A DNA stretch of 64,000 bases from Phoronis australis (GCA_002633005.1 NMRA01000611.1:156674-220673); one strand, 5' to 3'. Shown: positions 48,925 through 62,448, numbered from the stretch's first letter. Notes: generated by a model not told the origin, from the sequence alone. Translations and numbers: made by a program.

Positions 48925-51900
48925 TCATGCAATGCTGTTCAAACAAGGATAGCGTGGCGTTAAACTGATGCTTTTTGCCACACTTTCCATTGTCAATATC
49001 TTCTTCAGTTTATCTGTGTCCATGGCAACAGCTGGGTTCAAAGGGCAGGTGATCCCCTGAGTCATACACATAACCTAGAGAGAACGTGACCACATCAGTA
49101 GGAGAGAATGACTAATTTTTACACATAACAATTGAAACCGGCCCATTTTTGACTGAGGGACTGATGACTCAATTACTATACCAAAGCAATTAAGAATGAT
49201 TGTTTTGAGAAGAAGAAAATTCTCATTACCCTGCAAGGGGAAGTTTAAAAGATATTACTAAGAACTCTCAAAAACTACCAGGCAAATAGTCAAGAACTGG
49301 AAAAAATCAAGTCAGCATACTTATAGCATTAAAAAAGTTGTCGAAAACTAGCATTCATAAGGCAAAATTCTGACGTTTCATAGAAATTTTGTTACGGGCG
49401 CACACTTGAACAAATCTTAACTTTGGAACGGAAGGTGAGACTGAATATTTTGTCACAAAAGCTACACGAAAACCTGACGGAGTACACAACATAATCTCAT
49501 GGAGTAACCAGTCAATTGGGAATTCTTGATATTTGAAGAGGGCACTGAAAATTACCTGGTGTGAGTCAGCCTTGACTGTAAATTGGTGGCTTTTGCCCAC
49601 TTTCTTGATCTGACCACACAGGCTAAAGGAGTTGCCACTTTTCTACAAGACCAATAACAATTTGATTATGATAATTCAGGGGCAAACTGGCATGAAATAA
49701 ATGTTATGGAAACTAGTTGGTGTAACCAACACAGACTATCATGGTTAAGCATTTTTACAAGCATGCGAAACACTTGATGGTGAGTGAAAACTGGAAGATA
49801 CAGTAAAAAAAAATTACTGGTGACCCATACCCAGATAATCACCGACAAAAATTAGTTGCGAATTAACGAGTAAGTCAAGACATACAAATACCGACCTTGA
49901 GGTAGACACACTCCTCAGTAGAGTTGTAGTAAACAGGATATCTTTTGGTGAGCATTACAGCTACATACTTCCTTACTTGAATTCTGTTAGACAAATCTAA
50001 AGATAAAAAATTAGATTTCACTTCTCATTTGGAAAAGGGCAAATTAAGTCACCTACAGGCATAATTAAATCAAAATTGACAATTTCAAACTTTGACATAG
50101 CAAGTCTTGTTCAGAACTCCTAATAACGGATACAAACACACTGTATTAAAAGACATGTCGTTATCATAAAGTTATACCTACTTACATTATTGAATAAGCC
50201 CAAAATGAAGCTAATTGAGAACTAAAACGTTAACGTCCAGTGGAAAATTGACTGGAAGAAAGCAATCATTGGATCATGACTTAAGCTAAACATTACTTAA
50301 CCCCTAGCTTTCTAACATAGATTGAAATTTTTTTCTACACTTATACCAGGTAGTCCTTGGTCACCTTTGACCTCTTCACGTGACTCACTGGTAACCGGGA
50401 CACCAGAATCACCAGCAGCAGTTGACAACACTGTTGACACTAACGAAGTGGACGACTCAACAATCTCTGGACCGGCCTGGATGACAAATAAAGCTTTGCT
50501 GTCAGCAGTTTGTTCTTACCACAAGGCTCTTGTTCACTTTATAGGAAAGGTGGCTGCCTTCACAATTACAGTTGAAGGGAATCCCCCCATTGGCCGCTAC
50601 CCCTTATCCAAAATTACCATTTTGCATTAAGTGATCTTGGATTTTTTAATTACTGGAGGGTAATTTTGTGGTCTGATGACGCTTACACTCCACATCAAAA
50701 TCATGGCACTGAGGTCATTGTATTGTCATGTAAGACTAAGGTATTCTTCAATTTAAGACAACTGGAGTTAAGTTAGTGAAATTTCTCAACAAAACCAACT
50801 TTCAAGATGAATGGTGTGTACACTACTGCTGCCACCAAGAATCTGTCCTACACCTGGGAATTCCCGGCAACGTACTACAATAAAGCCTTTTACAACAACG
50901 AATAGCAATTTTAGCATTCTTTTTGTCCAAAAACTGAAGAATTTTTCAATACTGTTTTTGATTTTAATTTATGGTCTACTTGCCAGTCACCATTAATATT
51001 CAGAAGGTTACACACACAAAGGTTTTAATGAAATTTTCTCTGACAACAATAAAACTGGGTAAAGGACTACTTGATTATAGTGACCCCAGTTTTTACAAGA
51101 AAGACTTATTTATTTAATGTCTTTTAGTCACATAGAATATGACAACTTAACAAGAATCAGTAAGCAATTATAATAGTAACAAAATTTTGAAAGAACAAAA
51201 GCTCTGACAAAATATTTCCTTTAAAATTCAAGTCTTATAGAGAACATGAAAATAATATCGAACCAAGTACCAGCATTACACAGCAGAAAAGTTCCGTGGC
51301 ATATCAAGTTAATCGCGATTTCTTGGTTAATCTTTTATACGATATTTCTAAAATCAACATACAAGAGCCTCTTTGTTGGATTTTTTAACTAAAAAATTAG
51401 CAAATAATTGTTTAACATAAAAATTGGTTTCAATAACGAAAAAACTGCCAGCTCCACCATAATTTCCTTCGCAGTTGAGCACACAAGACGGTGCTGACAC
51501 CTACCAGCACACGTGACTTTCTCTTCCTGCCCTTCCTACTAGGCGCGTCCCGTGGTGTGCTGGCTCGGCTCACGTCCTCGTTACTGTCATCATTCAGCAC
51601 CAGACCCCCCACCGCCGTGTCTACTGATCTATGGTCACCTCCACCCTGGACATAACTCTGAAATACGAAAAAATCACCAATTTCGGACAAAAATAACTGC
51701 CAGAATTGGCCCCTGTTCAGTTTCCAAAAGTTTCTAAATAAATATTGTTATGGATGCCAACATCGTACACAACGTTACCTGACGGCAGCTTACAGAACTT
51801 GCTAATGGTAAAGCATCACTTTAGTGGTACAAGTTTTTTTGAAAAAATAAGAAAACTAAATCTAAAGTATCCACAATATCCTCTCCAAAATTGGCCAAGT

Positions 51901-54900
51901 TAGATGATGTTCATGAACAGCGCTACCTACAGGACACTAAGGAAACATGTCAGCCAGTCTGCCCAGAGTACATAATGCCTCAAGAACTTCACGTTTTAGT
52001 AGTTAAAAGGTACATCGAGCGCTGTTTAGGTAATAAGACCATATTTAGCATATTAGCATTTAGCAAGTGTTGAATGCTTTGGTTTAATTATGACAACAAC
52101 AAAATCAAGTCATCAAACAAGAATGAACACATACCTCTTAGTTCTCTATGGTTATACTGTGGTAGAAATGAAGCTCATTACATTTATGGCTTTATAACCA
52201 GTTCTATTCTTCATTCATTTTACTTTGAAATGGGCCATTTTTGAAGTGATTAAGTATCGCTCAATATAACTTTAATTACAGGAGTCCTCTGGCTATCAGA
52301 AGGTTGAATTATCTTAATGTCTGACAGCATACCAATCCACTCTTCTGTAAAGTTACATACCTAGACACTGTAAAGTTACATACCTTGACACTAGTGTACT
52401 GGTTGCTGTTTAGTGACTTCTCACCACGGTTAGCACAAAACCAGTATAATGCCGCGCCTGAAATATGTAAAGTGTTCTATATAAATGAAACCTATTTGGA
52501 TCAAATGTAGCCTAGTCAAAAATTGGATATAACCTGTATCACTTGAGATACACAAACAAAGCAAGTCAAGGAAACAGCTGAGATTTTACAAAATGTCATA
52601 CAAGACAAATACTTCCCTTTATTGAACAGCTAAAAGCACAACCAAAATAGAGATTTACGTCAACCTTCAAAATAAACAGTATAACTGTTTTATAGTATTT
52701 TGGTTATGAGACAAAGTGCCCATTGAAATGAAAACCATAAAGTTCTTGCAATCACTTAAAGCTGCGTTTCTTCCCCGTTTAGCTGTCAAATCTTGAATTC
52801 TTAACCACAGTCCGTTTGAGATTTCAAAATATTACCATGCTCATCCAATCTTCAATGAGTGCCAAATGAATCTATTAGGCATCTCAAGTCACAGGCAATG
52901 TATACATTAGTCATTTGGAAATGGCAATTTTATAGTTGGCCAACCCTAATCAACCCCGAAGTGTTTTTTCTTTGAGTCGCTGATGGTTTTGATTTTCTTG
53001 TTGGTAACGGAAACAGAATCCTATTGGGTTAAGGAATATTACGAGACTGACTTAATGAGAATAAAAAACCTGATTGGATTTTTGTTTTCAGAGAGCTGAA
53101 CAGGGCAAAGTGTAGCTTTAAACTAATTAGTTAACATTGCTAACAGTAATTACTACATTGTCATAAAATCGGGTGTAAAAACACTAAGTTCAATCGTCAA
53201 ACATGATGAATGTACACATGGATCAAGTAGCTTTCTGAAGAGTACATAGCTTACTCACCTAAAAGAAGACACAATGCACTCAGGCTTGGTAACACATACG
53301 CCTGGGGCAGAGACACAGGCCATGTGATATCCATATTTTGAAACCATAACGTTAATGAGTCAATGGTCTCCGAAAGAAAGTCTGCAGATTCATCCAACTG
53401 GCACTGCAAAGTAAGAGCACCAATCTGACTATCTACACGATATAAAACTGACAGGTATTTAGTTATAATATCCCCTCATCATAAAGAACCAGACTGAGTA
53501 CTATGTTTCAGTTGGCAAACACGTTTAATTGACATCGGACAGCAGTGCTCTGTTGGTAGAAGTGACACGACGAAAATCTAAATATTAGGCGACAACCATA
53601 AACCAGAGGTCAACCTAGATTCTGAATAGTTGCTGCTGCCTTTTTCAAAATTTTTCCTACTTTCTCAAGACAACAACCAAAACTATAATTTCCAACAAAT
53701 TCCACTGATATGCTGACATTTGCTGCGACTCCACTTTATTAGAAATGAATACTAGGAGATCTACAATAACAACAGCATTGGGACACATTCAGAAAAGCTT
53801 GTCACTGTCCCATAGACTTGCATGGCTTCATAAAACACTGACAGAGTCTAACTGAACATTTAACACACCATTTGCCTGATAAAATAATCCACATCACATA
53901 ATGCGAAAATATACTGTTCAAAAACTGAATTATCTGCAAATTGTGCAGATTAACTGCAAACAGTGCAAGTTAACTACGGATATTGCAAGTTATCTGGTTA
54001 CAAATGGCAGCACAGGACCAAATGCAGTCAATTGTACTTTGTCATTTTTCAGTCTGCAGTGTCCGAGGCATAATTGGTGATAAGCTGAGCTGTTTTGTCG
54101 CTCAACCAAGGAGGTCAGTGCAGGCTTGCTGAAAACATCCACAGCCTCTGTTAAGTGCTTAGAAGGAAAAGGGACTACAAAAACTATTATACCCAGACAT
54201 ATCTTGTAATCAAACTAAAATAGTTCAGACCATACCCGACACTTGTGATACGAGCAGCAGTGACATCTATGTGTCAGAGGAAGAAGCACTGTTTGCTGAA
54301 CTAACATGTCTTGTTTCTGGTTTAGAACAGTGACTGAAAACAAATGAGCAAAAATTAAAAAATATAGGTAAAAATTTTATGAAAAAGTAAAAGGCAGTGC
54401 AGAACCATTTGTTCAGCTAGAAGAGGCAGTGTGGTCTAGTGGATAAGGGTCCGCCTCTTTTACTAAAAGTTGTGGGTTTGAGTACCCCTGGGGCACACTG
54501 TTAGACCTTTGAGTCAGGTCTGTAGCTTCTCGGCTCTTAAAGCATGGAAAAAGTTAAAGGTGATCTGTCCAATGGGCCAAACTGAGTGGCATGCGCATGA
54601 CTGGTACAACGTGTGCCAGACTGCCTGCAATTATTTTTTGCACAGCTAACAAATCTTAGAATAGTTTTTAAAATACTTCAGTTTTGTATGAAGCGCAACC
54701 AAAACAAGATATTCATGATTTTCATGAAAAAAATCTAAAGTTGAAGAAAACGTAATACTAATTTAGAAAACTCTAACAGCGTTTTTGAGATTTCATCTTA
54801 CATCAAATGAAATTTGGTCAGTGTTATTGATGCCATTGATTTGCTATCAATGTACATTAAATTCTCTTCTCTTAAATTTTACGTGGCCAATGACAGCTTC

Positions 54901-56878
54901 TTACAAATTTAACATAAAAAATCCAGATATACAACAGGCTTTCCACTTTTAGAAGATATAAACTTTCACAAAGTTGAAATCCATATTTTTGTAAATACTT
55001 CGATAAAAACACAGACATATATATGCATGTGATGGGCGTATCACTCAATACAACTGTTCATGTCAGTTGTGACAATGCTCCATAATGAAGTAGATGTATT
55101 GCAGCCTATAACAGACACCAACTACACGTGCTAGTGAAATCTATGAGCATTTCTAACTATATTATGCAATTGTTATGAAACTTGTATTTCAAAGCAAATG
55201 TGTATCAATACAATTCTACACTGTACGCTTTCTTGTAGTTTCACGTACAGTTGTCCAATACAACTTGAGGTGTTTTGAGAGTGAGTGCTTCAACCACATG
55301 TCAACTATGTCATTTCTTACCGTTACATTCTACCTCTTCTTCACATGGTTCCGAGTGGTTGAGATAAAACGTCACTGTCCGATTCCTCTTAGCTAGAATG
55401 TGTACGGTCTGGTTAAAGTTGTGTACGATCACATCACATGTTTCAATACATAACACCTGGGTGACGGTAAAGGTACTTGATACTACATCATTGTTGTAGA
55501 CATTCACAAGGACTGCTGTGGAGCTTTGAGATTCACGGTAGCTGGTAATGTCTAGTATCTGAGCCTTGGCCCTGTAAATACAAAGAAAGGCAAGGATCTC
55601 ATATCAGACGTTAAAATTGCTGTGGAAAGTGTTCGTAATTCGGCAGTTAAGAGAAGATAAAAATGATGTGCACCCGGCAACGATAGAATTTCCAAGAATA
55701 AATATAAATAAGAAAAAGCGAATGTCAGATATCAACAGTTAACATGTACCCCAAGCCCATTGAATACCAATTTTTCATACTCGAAACTCGACCAATCTTT
55801 CACTCACAATTCGTGCGGGTTTGAAACGGAAATTTTGCAACAATGCAATGTACAGAATAAACAACCTTTTTAGCAACAGAATTACAGAAAGAAAAAGTGA
55901 ATAAAACCTAAACATTGCATAATTTCAGCAGTAACAACACAACACTTACCTTGACTTGATGAACAGCATTTCATCGATAGCAAACTCGATGGTGATTGTT
56001 ATATTACAGTCTGAAGAGTACTCCACAGACAGTACTTTCTCACCATCAGGCAATGACATGACGTGATAGAATTCATAGATGTGGTTGGACAGCCAGTACT
56101 TCCCATCCACCTCGGCAACCAAACTAAGTTTATCTTCCAACCACAAGTGGAATGGCTGATTCTTCAAGCAACTGAAGAGACAACGAGGGAATTTTAAGTT
56201 AAAAGGACAAATACGTCCTATTCAAAAAAATAAAGACCAGGTTTCTCAGCTGCATTGCAATATGTCTCAAATCTTTCCACTTAAGACTTAAAAAGATGTC
56301 AAAAAGGACATCAGTTGTGACAAGGTTGGATAATTGTTTCAAAACTGCGTGGGCTGCTTTGTATAAGAGATGAGCTCGCCATTCCTTGTCCCAGTAGACA
56401 AATTAATAGTTATCACAGCATCAGAGCTGGGTTCCAGCAACCCTGCTTGTATGCAAAAATTGTTGAATTTACCGTACTGATATATGTTCATTACATTTAA
56501 GAAAGGACACTACTCAAACTCCCAATACAATTTCATAGATCCTTCAAAGTGCAAGAATAGAATACAACACATTGATTTCTCAAAATTTCTTCACTGAGGT
56601 TTTTTGTGAGTTGAACAACAACATAAAAGACAAAACAGAATTGTTCACAGATTCAGAAATTGAATTTCAGTTCACTTATCATAATTGACAGATTAGGATT
56701 TCAAAGTGCACACTAACAACACCTCATGCATTATTATAAGTCGTGACCTGTCAATATCTTTGTTGCATCTGTCCTTTTGGTTCGTGAATGCCTTGAACGA
56801 GACTCCAACCTTGTTACATTCGTCACCAGAGTCAGTGAAAATGCGTTTGTTGACTAGCATCATGTCTGCCATCTCTTC
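48925..56878 (-). CDS. HAP2: HAP2/GCS1 (hapless 2) class II gamete fusogen, 3' portion, multi-exon; 5' exons not found in window
   Basis: Phase-consistent exons 56878-56748 (EEMADMMLVNKRIFTDSGDECNKVGVSFKAFTNQKDRCNKDID), 56171-55950 (SCLKNQPFHLWLEDK...YSSDCNITITIEFAIDEMLFIK), 55571-55321 (domain III-like AKAQILDITS...VNVYNND...C...C...ECN), 54333-54236 (...CHCCSYHKCR), 53403-53259 (stem and start of TM). ECNKxGVSxxAFxxQxxxC...SCLxNQ is the HAP2-GCS1 signature. Likely tail exons 51657-51505, 50476-50347, 49996-49896 and 49074-48925 (ends PRYPCLNSIA*) join in phase, but the link across 53258-51658 is unresolved. Confidence 0.85.
54425..54620 (+). mobile_element. tRNA-derived SINE-like element
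   Basis: A-box TGGTCTAGTGG and B-box-like GGTTTGAGTAC at tRNA spacing, no complete cloverleaf; 3' limit approximate. Confidence 0.55.
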
Positions 56879-57499
56879 CTAAAATCAACAATTGAAAGTA
56901 AACCTGTGTCAGGGGTCTTATATATGAACTAAGACTCGAGTCAGACTTAAAATTTAATCAGGCTGCACGAGTCAGGTAGGGTGTGCTTGTGCTATACTGA
57001 GTACATGAATTCCGTACGAAACTATTACACAATCAATCGGTAAGACTAAGTCTGAGAACATCAGGCAAAAGTGGAAACATAGCATATCACAGATTTTTTA
57101 GACATAGTTTGGGTGAAATGATGAACATCCACCTTGGTAGATTCACTTCAGAGCATGTGCCACTTTAAGGAAAATGAAACCACCCACACACTCGGGCTAT
57201 GATAGGCTATGTTCAAAAGTGTGAATTTTTACATTTCTCTGAACTACCAACATTGGGAAACAAAAGAATGTCATAATCACATCAGCAGTTCTATCCATTT
57301 TGAGATTGAAGACTTGAAATAAGGGTACAGTCTTTTCACACGTTATATAAATTTATTCAGTTTTGTGCCCACCTACTCATACACTATATAAATTTATTCA
57401 GTTTTCTGCCCACCTACGGCATTATGTATGGCCAGTGGAAATGACTAACTTTTGCACATGACTCTTAAGTCAGAGTTTTTGAGATTTTCACGATATATC

Positions 57500-58170
57500 A
57501 TATACTTATCAAAAGACCCATCAAGTTGTTTCCACCAATGTATGAAAAACACATCATTGTTGTCAACGAATCAACAAGAAAGGTCAACTTCACAACTGGA
57601 GGCGATAGTGAAGGGTAGTGGTTAGGGTCCATACAGGAAAGTTGGTGAGTGATTTTTTTCATGGACAATCTAGTCAAACACTCTACGTCTTGCAAACTGC
57701 AATATTTATCAGATCTATCCAGCATGCGAGAGCTGCCAGGAAAGAACACAACAATCACTTAGCATTGCAAGATATTGTGGAAACTGAGCTTGTTATGTGC
57801 ACCACCATTTTCATCATCGGGATACATAACGATCATTAAATTTTTATGTAAGAGCGATCCCACAGCCCATGCCAGGTTTGGACCAATGAAGTCAAAGCAA
57901 CATCTACTGACACTAGTTTCATCTCATTTCTTCATCTGTTAGATTAGCTAACTTCCTAAAACAGCTTCGAGGTGATGATGTAGTTACTACAACACCAGGT
58001 GTAGCAGACGGTCAAAGCAACAGAACATCCAGTGGAGTAACATACGGATACTCGACAATACAACAGGTTGGACTAAATGAAAGATCAGGGAAGTTAAAAT
58101 GTACGTGAAGCTACTCCACATCGTCTTTCAGTCAGCCAGGCAAATAGTCGAATGACAATTGGCTACCACT
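57500..58170 (+). mobile_element. Possible heavily decayed Penelope-like element
   Basis: Near 58027 one frame reads IQWSNIRILDNTTGWTK*KIREVKMYV, similar to the IxWxxxxILDxxxxWxxRKIKEA segment of Penelope endonucleases; the rest is not readable. Confidence 0.35.
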
Positions 58171-58199
58171 CGTTGGGCAAAAAGTTAATAGATTAATCA

Positions 58200-58720
58200 C
58201 TGGCCAGGTAGTGAGAGCACTGGACTGAAAACTGCAAGATCCTAGGTTCAAACCCTACCGTCTACCAGAAAAAATATAATACGAGTTCCACATTGAGAGC
58301 CCCAGATACCCATGCTGTAACACCAGAATATGGCTGGAGCATGACCAAACGAAACTTTGTGTCGATGTAAATAAGCAAGAGATTGGTGTAAATGGACCTA
58401 GAGAGTTTAAACAAGGTGTCAGATTCTTGCATTTTATTGTTTCTGGCCTGTCATATTCTGCGCAATAGCACCTCCAATGAATAAAATCAATATGACCACC
58501 TGTTGTCAGAGCAGATGATGGTTGAGAAGGTAACAACAAAATGAAAACTGCCCTCATTCTGATTAGGATGTTGCTGAAATTTAAGACCTACCACCCGTGC
58601 TGTCATGATTTTTATTTACATTGCGTCTGACAAAGACCACAGTATTTGCACCAACATGTATTCAGAAAACAACTGCAAAACTTAAGTTCCAAATAATACA
58701 AATAGTAAGTAACTAATACA
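58200..58720 (+). repeat. About 500-bp segment with tRNA-derived head, duplicated at about 62485-62980
   Basis: gagagcactggactgaaaactgcaagatcctaggttcaaacc vs cagagcgctagactgaaaattgcaagatcccaaggttcaaacc, colinear through aatacaaatagta.gtaact. Confidence 0.75.
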
Positions 58721-59645
58721 GTTGGTTACTTCATGTTAACTGGTCTAATTAAAGCTGGAAAATTAACAACTGAAAACAGTCTTTTTTTAATCGTAACTAA
58801 TTGTTGTTTACAAAAATCACAATTTTGATTAGCCTTATTCTGTTTTCCCATCTACAAGAAAGAGGGCAACACAGTCATATCTGTAGGGCCTCAATGAAAA
58901 TGGCCGATGCTTTTGTATGTCTTGCAAAAAACTCTGCCTGTGGATTGAAAATGAGTTTTAACAGTGAGGCCAGTTGAGCATTTTTGAGAGTTTAATCAAA
59001 ATTTTACTGTACCACATAATCGGTTACTGAAAGAGTTCGGTGGGTATGCCCACAAACAGGGTTAGTGCTTACGTTCACAGCTTTAGGTCCTCGGTGTGTA
59101 GATGTCTAGGTAATCAATAAATTCAATTTGATAAATAGTCTTTGGCTCATTTGTATGATATTTCCCGTCAATGTTTGAATAATTCTATCGTCTTGTGAAC
59201 TAGACTTTTAGGAATTTTCTTTCTGACCAGGACCCTATGAGAATAAACATATCATGCACAAAGTCACTTGTAACACTCAACTGAACCCGAAACATCCGTT
59301 AACATGTAAAAGATAATTTTCCAAACTAGCCATTCATAGTTTGCCTTTAACGTAAACCAACAGAAAATTCTCAAAGTATCTCCACCTGCTCCAGTTAGAT
59401 ATGAGCTTGAATAAATATATCAAGGCTATTTTATCAACAACTTTTGAGATTTACTTTGGTCAAAGGTAAATACTAGATCCCTTGATAAACATATAAAGTC
59501 TGAAGGAACTAACTTCAAATTTAAATATAAGAGGTGCATCTGCTGAAGAAAGATATAGGTCGATATAATCTCAGATCACACACCAGCCTCCAATCAGACA
59601 ACAGTTGACTGTCTTGTGTGGAACAGCACACCATTGTGAGTCAAG

Positions 59646-60845
59646 ATGAAAGAAAAAGACACTGAAGTCAAAGATGGCAGTCAAACACCAGTTGCAGTGA
59701 TTCTATCACTAGTCTCACTGCTGTTTGCCTTGATCAGTTTTGGACTGGCTATCTATGTTGTCTTAGGTGTACAACATCGGCAGGAAAGAACAACCACCAC
59801 CAACCACAATGATGGCTTTCATGACTGGGCTAAAAAAACTGAACTGGCAGAGTTCAAAATAACCATATATACTGACCTGGTGAACCTCAAACGAGAACAC
59901 AACCGACTTAAGGCTCATGTTTTCCAGACCGAGATGAAAACCGAACGCCAGCTTAGATTCATGCGGACAATACTATCCAGCAAATTTGGCCATGCGTATA
60001 CCAAGATCGTTCCTCATGATATTGATTCTAAACTGGATGAAACAACACCAATTTCCAGACTAAAGCGGGCTGCAAATGACCCTACTACAGGAGAAGAGTT
60101 CAACTCACAGTGTATTCAAGGGCCGCCTGGAAGAGATGGCAGAGATGGACGTGACGGCCAACCAGGACCACCTGGTGCTAACGGTATAACTACAGATGAC
60201 CTGCAGAAAGTACTGAGCACATTCCAGGAGTCCATACTGCAAGCACAAAAAACTAAGACCGAGATGAAGTATCACAATGGAACTGAAGGTGGAGCTGTGT
60301 ACATAAGGTGGGGACGAACATCATGTCCAACAATATCCAAACTGTTGTATGATGGGATTGCAGCAGGTTCGTATTACACTCACACTGGAGGTGGAAGTGA
60401 GAAGCTTTGTCTCCCACATGATCCACAGTGGGGAAAATACCAAGATGGCTTCCAGAGTCATTCTTACATATACGGTGCTGAATATGAAATCAATGGTGCC
60501 AAAGTATTTTCGCGAAAAAATGCGAATGACGCAAGTTTGTACGAGCATGACGTCCCTTGTGCTGTATGCTACACCCAATCGAGAGCCTCTCAACTCATGA
60601 TTCCAGCCTGGAGAGACTGTCCTGCCACCTGGACCAAAGAGTACAGTGGATATTTGATGGCAGAGGGCTATAAATATCAGCGGTCATCATTTGACTGTGT
60701 AGATGAAGCCCCAGAGGTGATCCCAGGAGGTGGTACCAACCAGGAAGGAGCACTATTCTATAATGTTGAGGCCAAATGTGGATCATTACCTTGTCCTAAG
60801 TATGTGGATGGACGGGAACTGACCTGTGTAGTGTGCACCAAATGA
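59646..60845 (+). CDS. Short-chain collagen C4-like type II membrane/shed protein, 399 aa, intronless
   Basis: Same architecture; furin site RLKR; visibly closest to the 25100-26296 copy (both start [11 protein letters not shown]). Confidence 0.9.
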   Translation: MKEKDTEVKDGSQTPVAVILSLVSLLFALISFGLAIYVVLGVQHRQERTTTTNHNDGFHDWAKKTELAEFKITIYTDLVNLKREHNRLKAHVFQTEMKTERQLRFMRTILSSKFGHAYTKIVPHDIDSKLDETTPISRLKRAANDPTTGEEFNSQCIQGPPGRDGRDGRDGQPGPPGANGITTDDLQKVLSTFQESILQAQKTKTEMKYHNGTEGGAVYIRWGRTSCPTISKLLYDGIAAGSYYTHTGGGSEKLCLPHDPQWGKYQDGFQSHSYIYGAEYEINGAKVFSRKNANDASLYEHDVPCAVCYTQSRASQLMIPAWRDCPATWTKEYSGYLMAEGYKYQRSSFDCVDEAPEVIPGGGTNQEGALFYNVEAKCGSLPCPKYVDGRELTCVVCTK

Positions 60846-61489
60846 CCAAGAGAACAATTATAACAAATGTGCCTTTACAATGGAAGAAAGTATCGCCAAT
60901 AAACAAAGTTGATTATCTGCATGAAAGGCAATAGCCATGTACTCGCATGGAAAAATACTCAAGAAAGGATCGTAGATTATGAAATCAAAAATACCAGCAG
61001 AATATATGCCAAAAATACTTGATGAGTGTCGACATGATAATTCAGTTGCTTCTGTTACTGGGATGAAGATACCCTATTTCAAATTAATATTAAACAGTAC
61101 TAGACAAAATTATCAACAGATGATCTATACAATCCTTTTGGTAGTAGAGACTAATATCACAGCATCAAAACAGGGTGACAGCAACTCCACTTGACTGTGC
61201 ACAAGGTTTATTGAATAGCTGACAGTGATATCTGTTTATTACATCTGACGTTCGCTCAAACTATAAATCTGTTTATTGCTCCTGTGAAGTGCCACAAAAG
61301 AGTAGAATACACTGAATTCCCAAATTTCTTCCGAGGCTTTTTGTGTGTTGGACAAAAAAATAAAAACCGAAAATTAAAATTCTATGGACCTCACAGATTC
61401 AGGAATTCAATTTCAGTATATTTATCATAATCAAATGGTTACAAGTTTAAGATGTATACTAAAACACACTAATGCATTGATCATAATTT

Positions 61490-61612
61490 ATGATCTATCT
61501 TTGTTACAACTTGGTTTGTGAATGTCTTGAATGAGACTCCAACCCTGTTGCATTCATCACCAGAGTCAGAGAAAATGTGTTGGTTGACTAGCATCATGTC
61601 TGCCATCTCCTC
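61490..61612 (-). pseudogene. Degenerate duplicate (pseudo-exon) of the HAP2 ECNKVGVS exon
   Basis: Reads EEMADMMLVNQHIFSDSGDECNRVGVSFKTFTNQ then deletions/frameshift; the homologous acceptor AG is AA and the donor GT is lost; flanking intron sequence (about 61305-61645) matches 56560-56910. Confidence 0.8.
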
Positions 61613-61755
61613 TTATAATCAACAATCAAGGACAGACATGTGTCAAAGCTGAAAAAGAATGAGAGGCCGAGTCAATTTTGGAGAATTATAATTCTCCAAA
61701 ATCCACTCAGGCTCTAGATAAGGGGGATAATGACTGAGAACATGTAATAATCTAT

Positions 61756-62448
61756 TTATACCACATACTGAACGAGAAACATTGCAATGTATCGATCTAC
61801 CTTTCTCAGCTCGCCTCAGCTTTATAACTACTTTCTATGTCAGAGGCCCGGGGTCGGAGGTCATGACCTTTTAAGAAAAGCCAAGCTATTTTTGTCAAAA
61901 CCAATTGAAAATTTAAACAAAATAGAAATAAAGTGAATCTATAAAGGTTTAGCAACTACTATAGCTTACTACACATTTTATCACGCTAAGCTTCGACCGG
62001 GAAACTACCGTCTGCTAAAGTAGGTTACCACTGGTAACTGAGTATAATTCTCAAGTCAAAGGATCCTGACGACACGATACCCGCATTCAAATTGGAGATC
62101 GGTGATTTACAAATGAGAGAACATGAGAGAAAAAGTTCAATGAATTAAAATATCGTTTTTATGGAAATTATGTGTCATAATTTTACATAGCGTATAAATG
62201 TTGGTACAGTGCCCTTTGTTGAACATGCGATTGTTTTGCATGCTCATTTAAGTATTCTAGTTTCACGTTCGATGACGTCAGCCGCTGAGTGGTGCAGTGG
62301 TTAAGTTGACGACTGAAACTCTTGCGGCCCGGGTTTGAAATTGGCCTCGATTTCCCGCCAAAATGTTATCTCACAAGTGAGATAACTAAATGGGTTATTA
62401 CACAGTAATGAGTTGTATTGGCCATTCGAGGCTAATATTGTGGTATAA
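61756..62448. mobile_element. Non-autonomous DNA-element-like insertion with short TIRs
   Basis: TTATACCACA (61756-61765) and TGTGGTATAA (62439-62448); internal tRNA-like box near 62280-62340; adjacent perfect 28-bp palindrome at 61675-61702; no counterpart in the paralogous 56900-58200 interval. Confidence 0.55.

Noticed and set aside
48925-56878. Endogenous viral class II envelope gene
   Set aside because: Many spliceosomal introns and the HAP2-specific ECNKxGVS...CLxNQ signature indicate the cellular gene.
58200-58267. tRNA-Phe-like gene (CTGAAAA loop, GGTTCAAA, ends ACCA)
   Set aside because: Acceptor and anticodon stems do not pair; better read as a tRNA-derived SINE head. Same for 54425 and 62280.
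61490-61612. Mutually exclusive alternative HAP2 exon
   Set aside because: Homologous acceptor and donor are mutated and the 3' end is frameshifted, losing the conserved Cys.
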